From Podarcis gaigeae (Eukaryota), in the NCBI GenBank assembly GCA_964106915.2, contig OZ066915.1: 64,000 nt of DNA. One strand, given 5' to 3'. This document shows positions 62,231 to 64,000 of this stretch, piece by piece (the stretch's first letter is position 1; every line of letters begins with the position of its first letter). A model generated the notes under the pieces. That model did no database searches. It was given only the letters and a program-made list of their open reading frames with translations, and was not told where the DNA came from. The translations under genes and the position numbers were made by a program.

Positions 62231-64000
62231 ATGTGTGGTGGGGGAGAGATTTGGGATTTTGGCCAGTCTTAGACAGTATTCAGAGTGTTGAAGACCAAGG
62301 ATGGACAGAACCATCTTATTTCCAGTCTGCTTCAACTTTGCCTGTGTTTATAAGTCTGTTCCATCCCATTTCCACATTAATCTGTGGTTTTTAAAAGATT
62401 CTCTATGAAAATTAATATTTACACATTATTGAAATACATATTTTATCACAAAAAGCTTATTTAAATATGATTTTTTTCTAAAAGTATGTATTTCTAAACA
62501 TGTTTTATGTTAAAATATGCCATTAATACTTTTTTACACATTTTGGTGCATATTTTGAGTCATAAAATACAGAGATGTGCAACATCTGAATAATAATTGC
62601 ATTCCAATCTGTATATTAGTCCAGGAGGTGCGAATTAGGTTGGTTTGTTTAAAAATGTGGACTGAATGTAATTATCCTCTACCCCAATAGACACTCACTG
62701 ATTTATTCTACAGTGGGATCCATCCAGATTTCACTAGCCTTCTCCATGTAGCCAACCCATCGTATCAGAACTTGGTGCCTGCCAGTGATATCAGCATACA
62801 AACGGGGGTTGGGGCTCAAGGTCTTCTATGGCCCTGGCAGGTACCATTCATGCCTCCAGCACGTACCACACCTACAGATCTCTCAGCAAGCCTGGCATGG
62901 GCCTGGTGCAATGAGGGGTCCAACCAAATGCTTTGTGAACCCTATTTGCCCATGTACCCCCTTTAAGAGAAGGCAAAAGTAATTTCATCTTTTGTGTTTG
63001 GAGACTTAATAAAAGTGGCAAAGAGCCAAAGCAGGTTATCCTGGAGTCAGTATGTGTGATAGCCTTCCCGTAAATAAGAAAGAGCTGGCTAACACATCAT
63101 TTGGCATAAAGTTGATCTACTGAGCTCACTGTTGGCTTTGCTAGAGCAGATTCAGTGGCCTGTTTTAAATGGGTGTATCACTGTTAGCTTGAAACCACAA
63201 TCTGCTCTCTAGCAGATCCATGCCAAATCCTCCCACTTCCCTTTGCAAACAGATATTGAACCCGCTAATTCTTAGGGAAAGTTCTTCTACTATTGCATGA
63301 TTATGGCAACCTGCCCAACTGCACTTGTGTAGCTGGGAGTCAGACAGTTCAAGAGCAGTTACCAAATGTAATTAACTAGTTAATACTTACCCCAAGTTTT
63401 AAAGAACACGAAGCCCTCTCTGTCTGTTGTCCATTGTATAAGACGCAGTATCCAGAACCTCTCAGGACAGAGAACATTAAAACAGGGTTAGTCTTCAGAG
63501 GTGATCAAAAGGTAAAAAGCAATCCACTGCTCTCAAGAGTGCCTTTAAACAGCCCTGATAACAGGTCAGGCACCTCAGCTCTCAAGCAATGCATGGCTCC
63601 TCAGCTGACTGCAAGTGGGAGAAAACTGTGTGATGAGAGATCACAACAGACAAACAAGATACGACCAAGGAGCCATCTTCAATTTATTCTCCATCTGTGT
63701 TGCTTTTTTGTGCCTGAATGGTTTGCAGTTAGCTTTTATAAGTAATAAAAGCCCTCCTTGGAAGAGGCTTGAATTTCTGGCCTCACCTGAAAAGGGAGGA
63801 GGGCAGGCAAAAATGGGAGAGTCTTGCCATGCTGGAGTGTAATTGCCATGCATGCCTGTTAATGTACGGCCATCATTTGGCTTGTGCATTATGAGGAGAC
63901 AAGACAGTTATTAATAAACAGCATAGCACCCACATTGGTTCTCTCTCTCTCTCTCTTTCTTTCCCAAGCTGACTTAATGAAGCCAAGTTTACAAATGAAA

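Noticed and set aside
63940-63980. Pyrimidine tract plus AG near the window end as the next PLXNA1 exon
   Set aside because: It is followed by CTG ACT TAA (stop), not ECAGEPLF; the tract is a (CT)n microsatellite.

Overview
This is vertebrate genomic DNA, almost certainly a squamate lizard: it carries Sauria SINEs, L2/CR1/RTE LINEs, Penelope-like elements and hAT/Tc1 MITEs. A lacertid origin is my guess. The whole window lies inside a plexin-A1 (PLXNA1) gene on the + strand. Thirteen GT-AG exons (15317-55116, 2043 nt, 681 codons) join in one frame and encode the third PSI domain, the IPT/TIG domains, the transmembrane helix and the start of the cytoplasmic GAP region. Both ends of the gene lie outside the window. 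Most ORFs in the supplied track are noise. The first intron holds three notable structures. (1) A 1160-bp composite hAT element (2229-3388, 8-bp TSD ACATACGC) carries a genomic copy of PKD2 (polycystin-2) exon 1, with GC-rich upstream sequence, splice donor and ~190 nt of intron, antisense to PLXNA1. This looks like DNA-mediated host-exon capture. (2) A young Penelope-like insertion (7733-8575, 12-bp TSD) forms a 341-bp near-perfect inverted repeat with a hammerhead ribozyme in each arm. The sense copy has an intact core and the antisense copy carries G5A. (3) An old decayed inverted repeat (11680-11900) appears to preserve fossil hammerheads of a different family. All homology calls come from my memory of the families. 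No searches were run.
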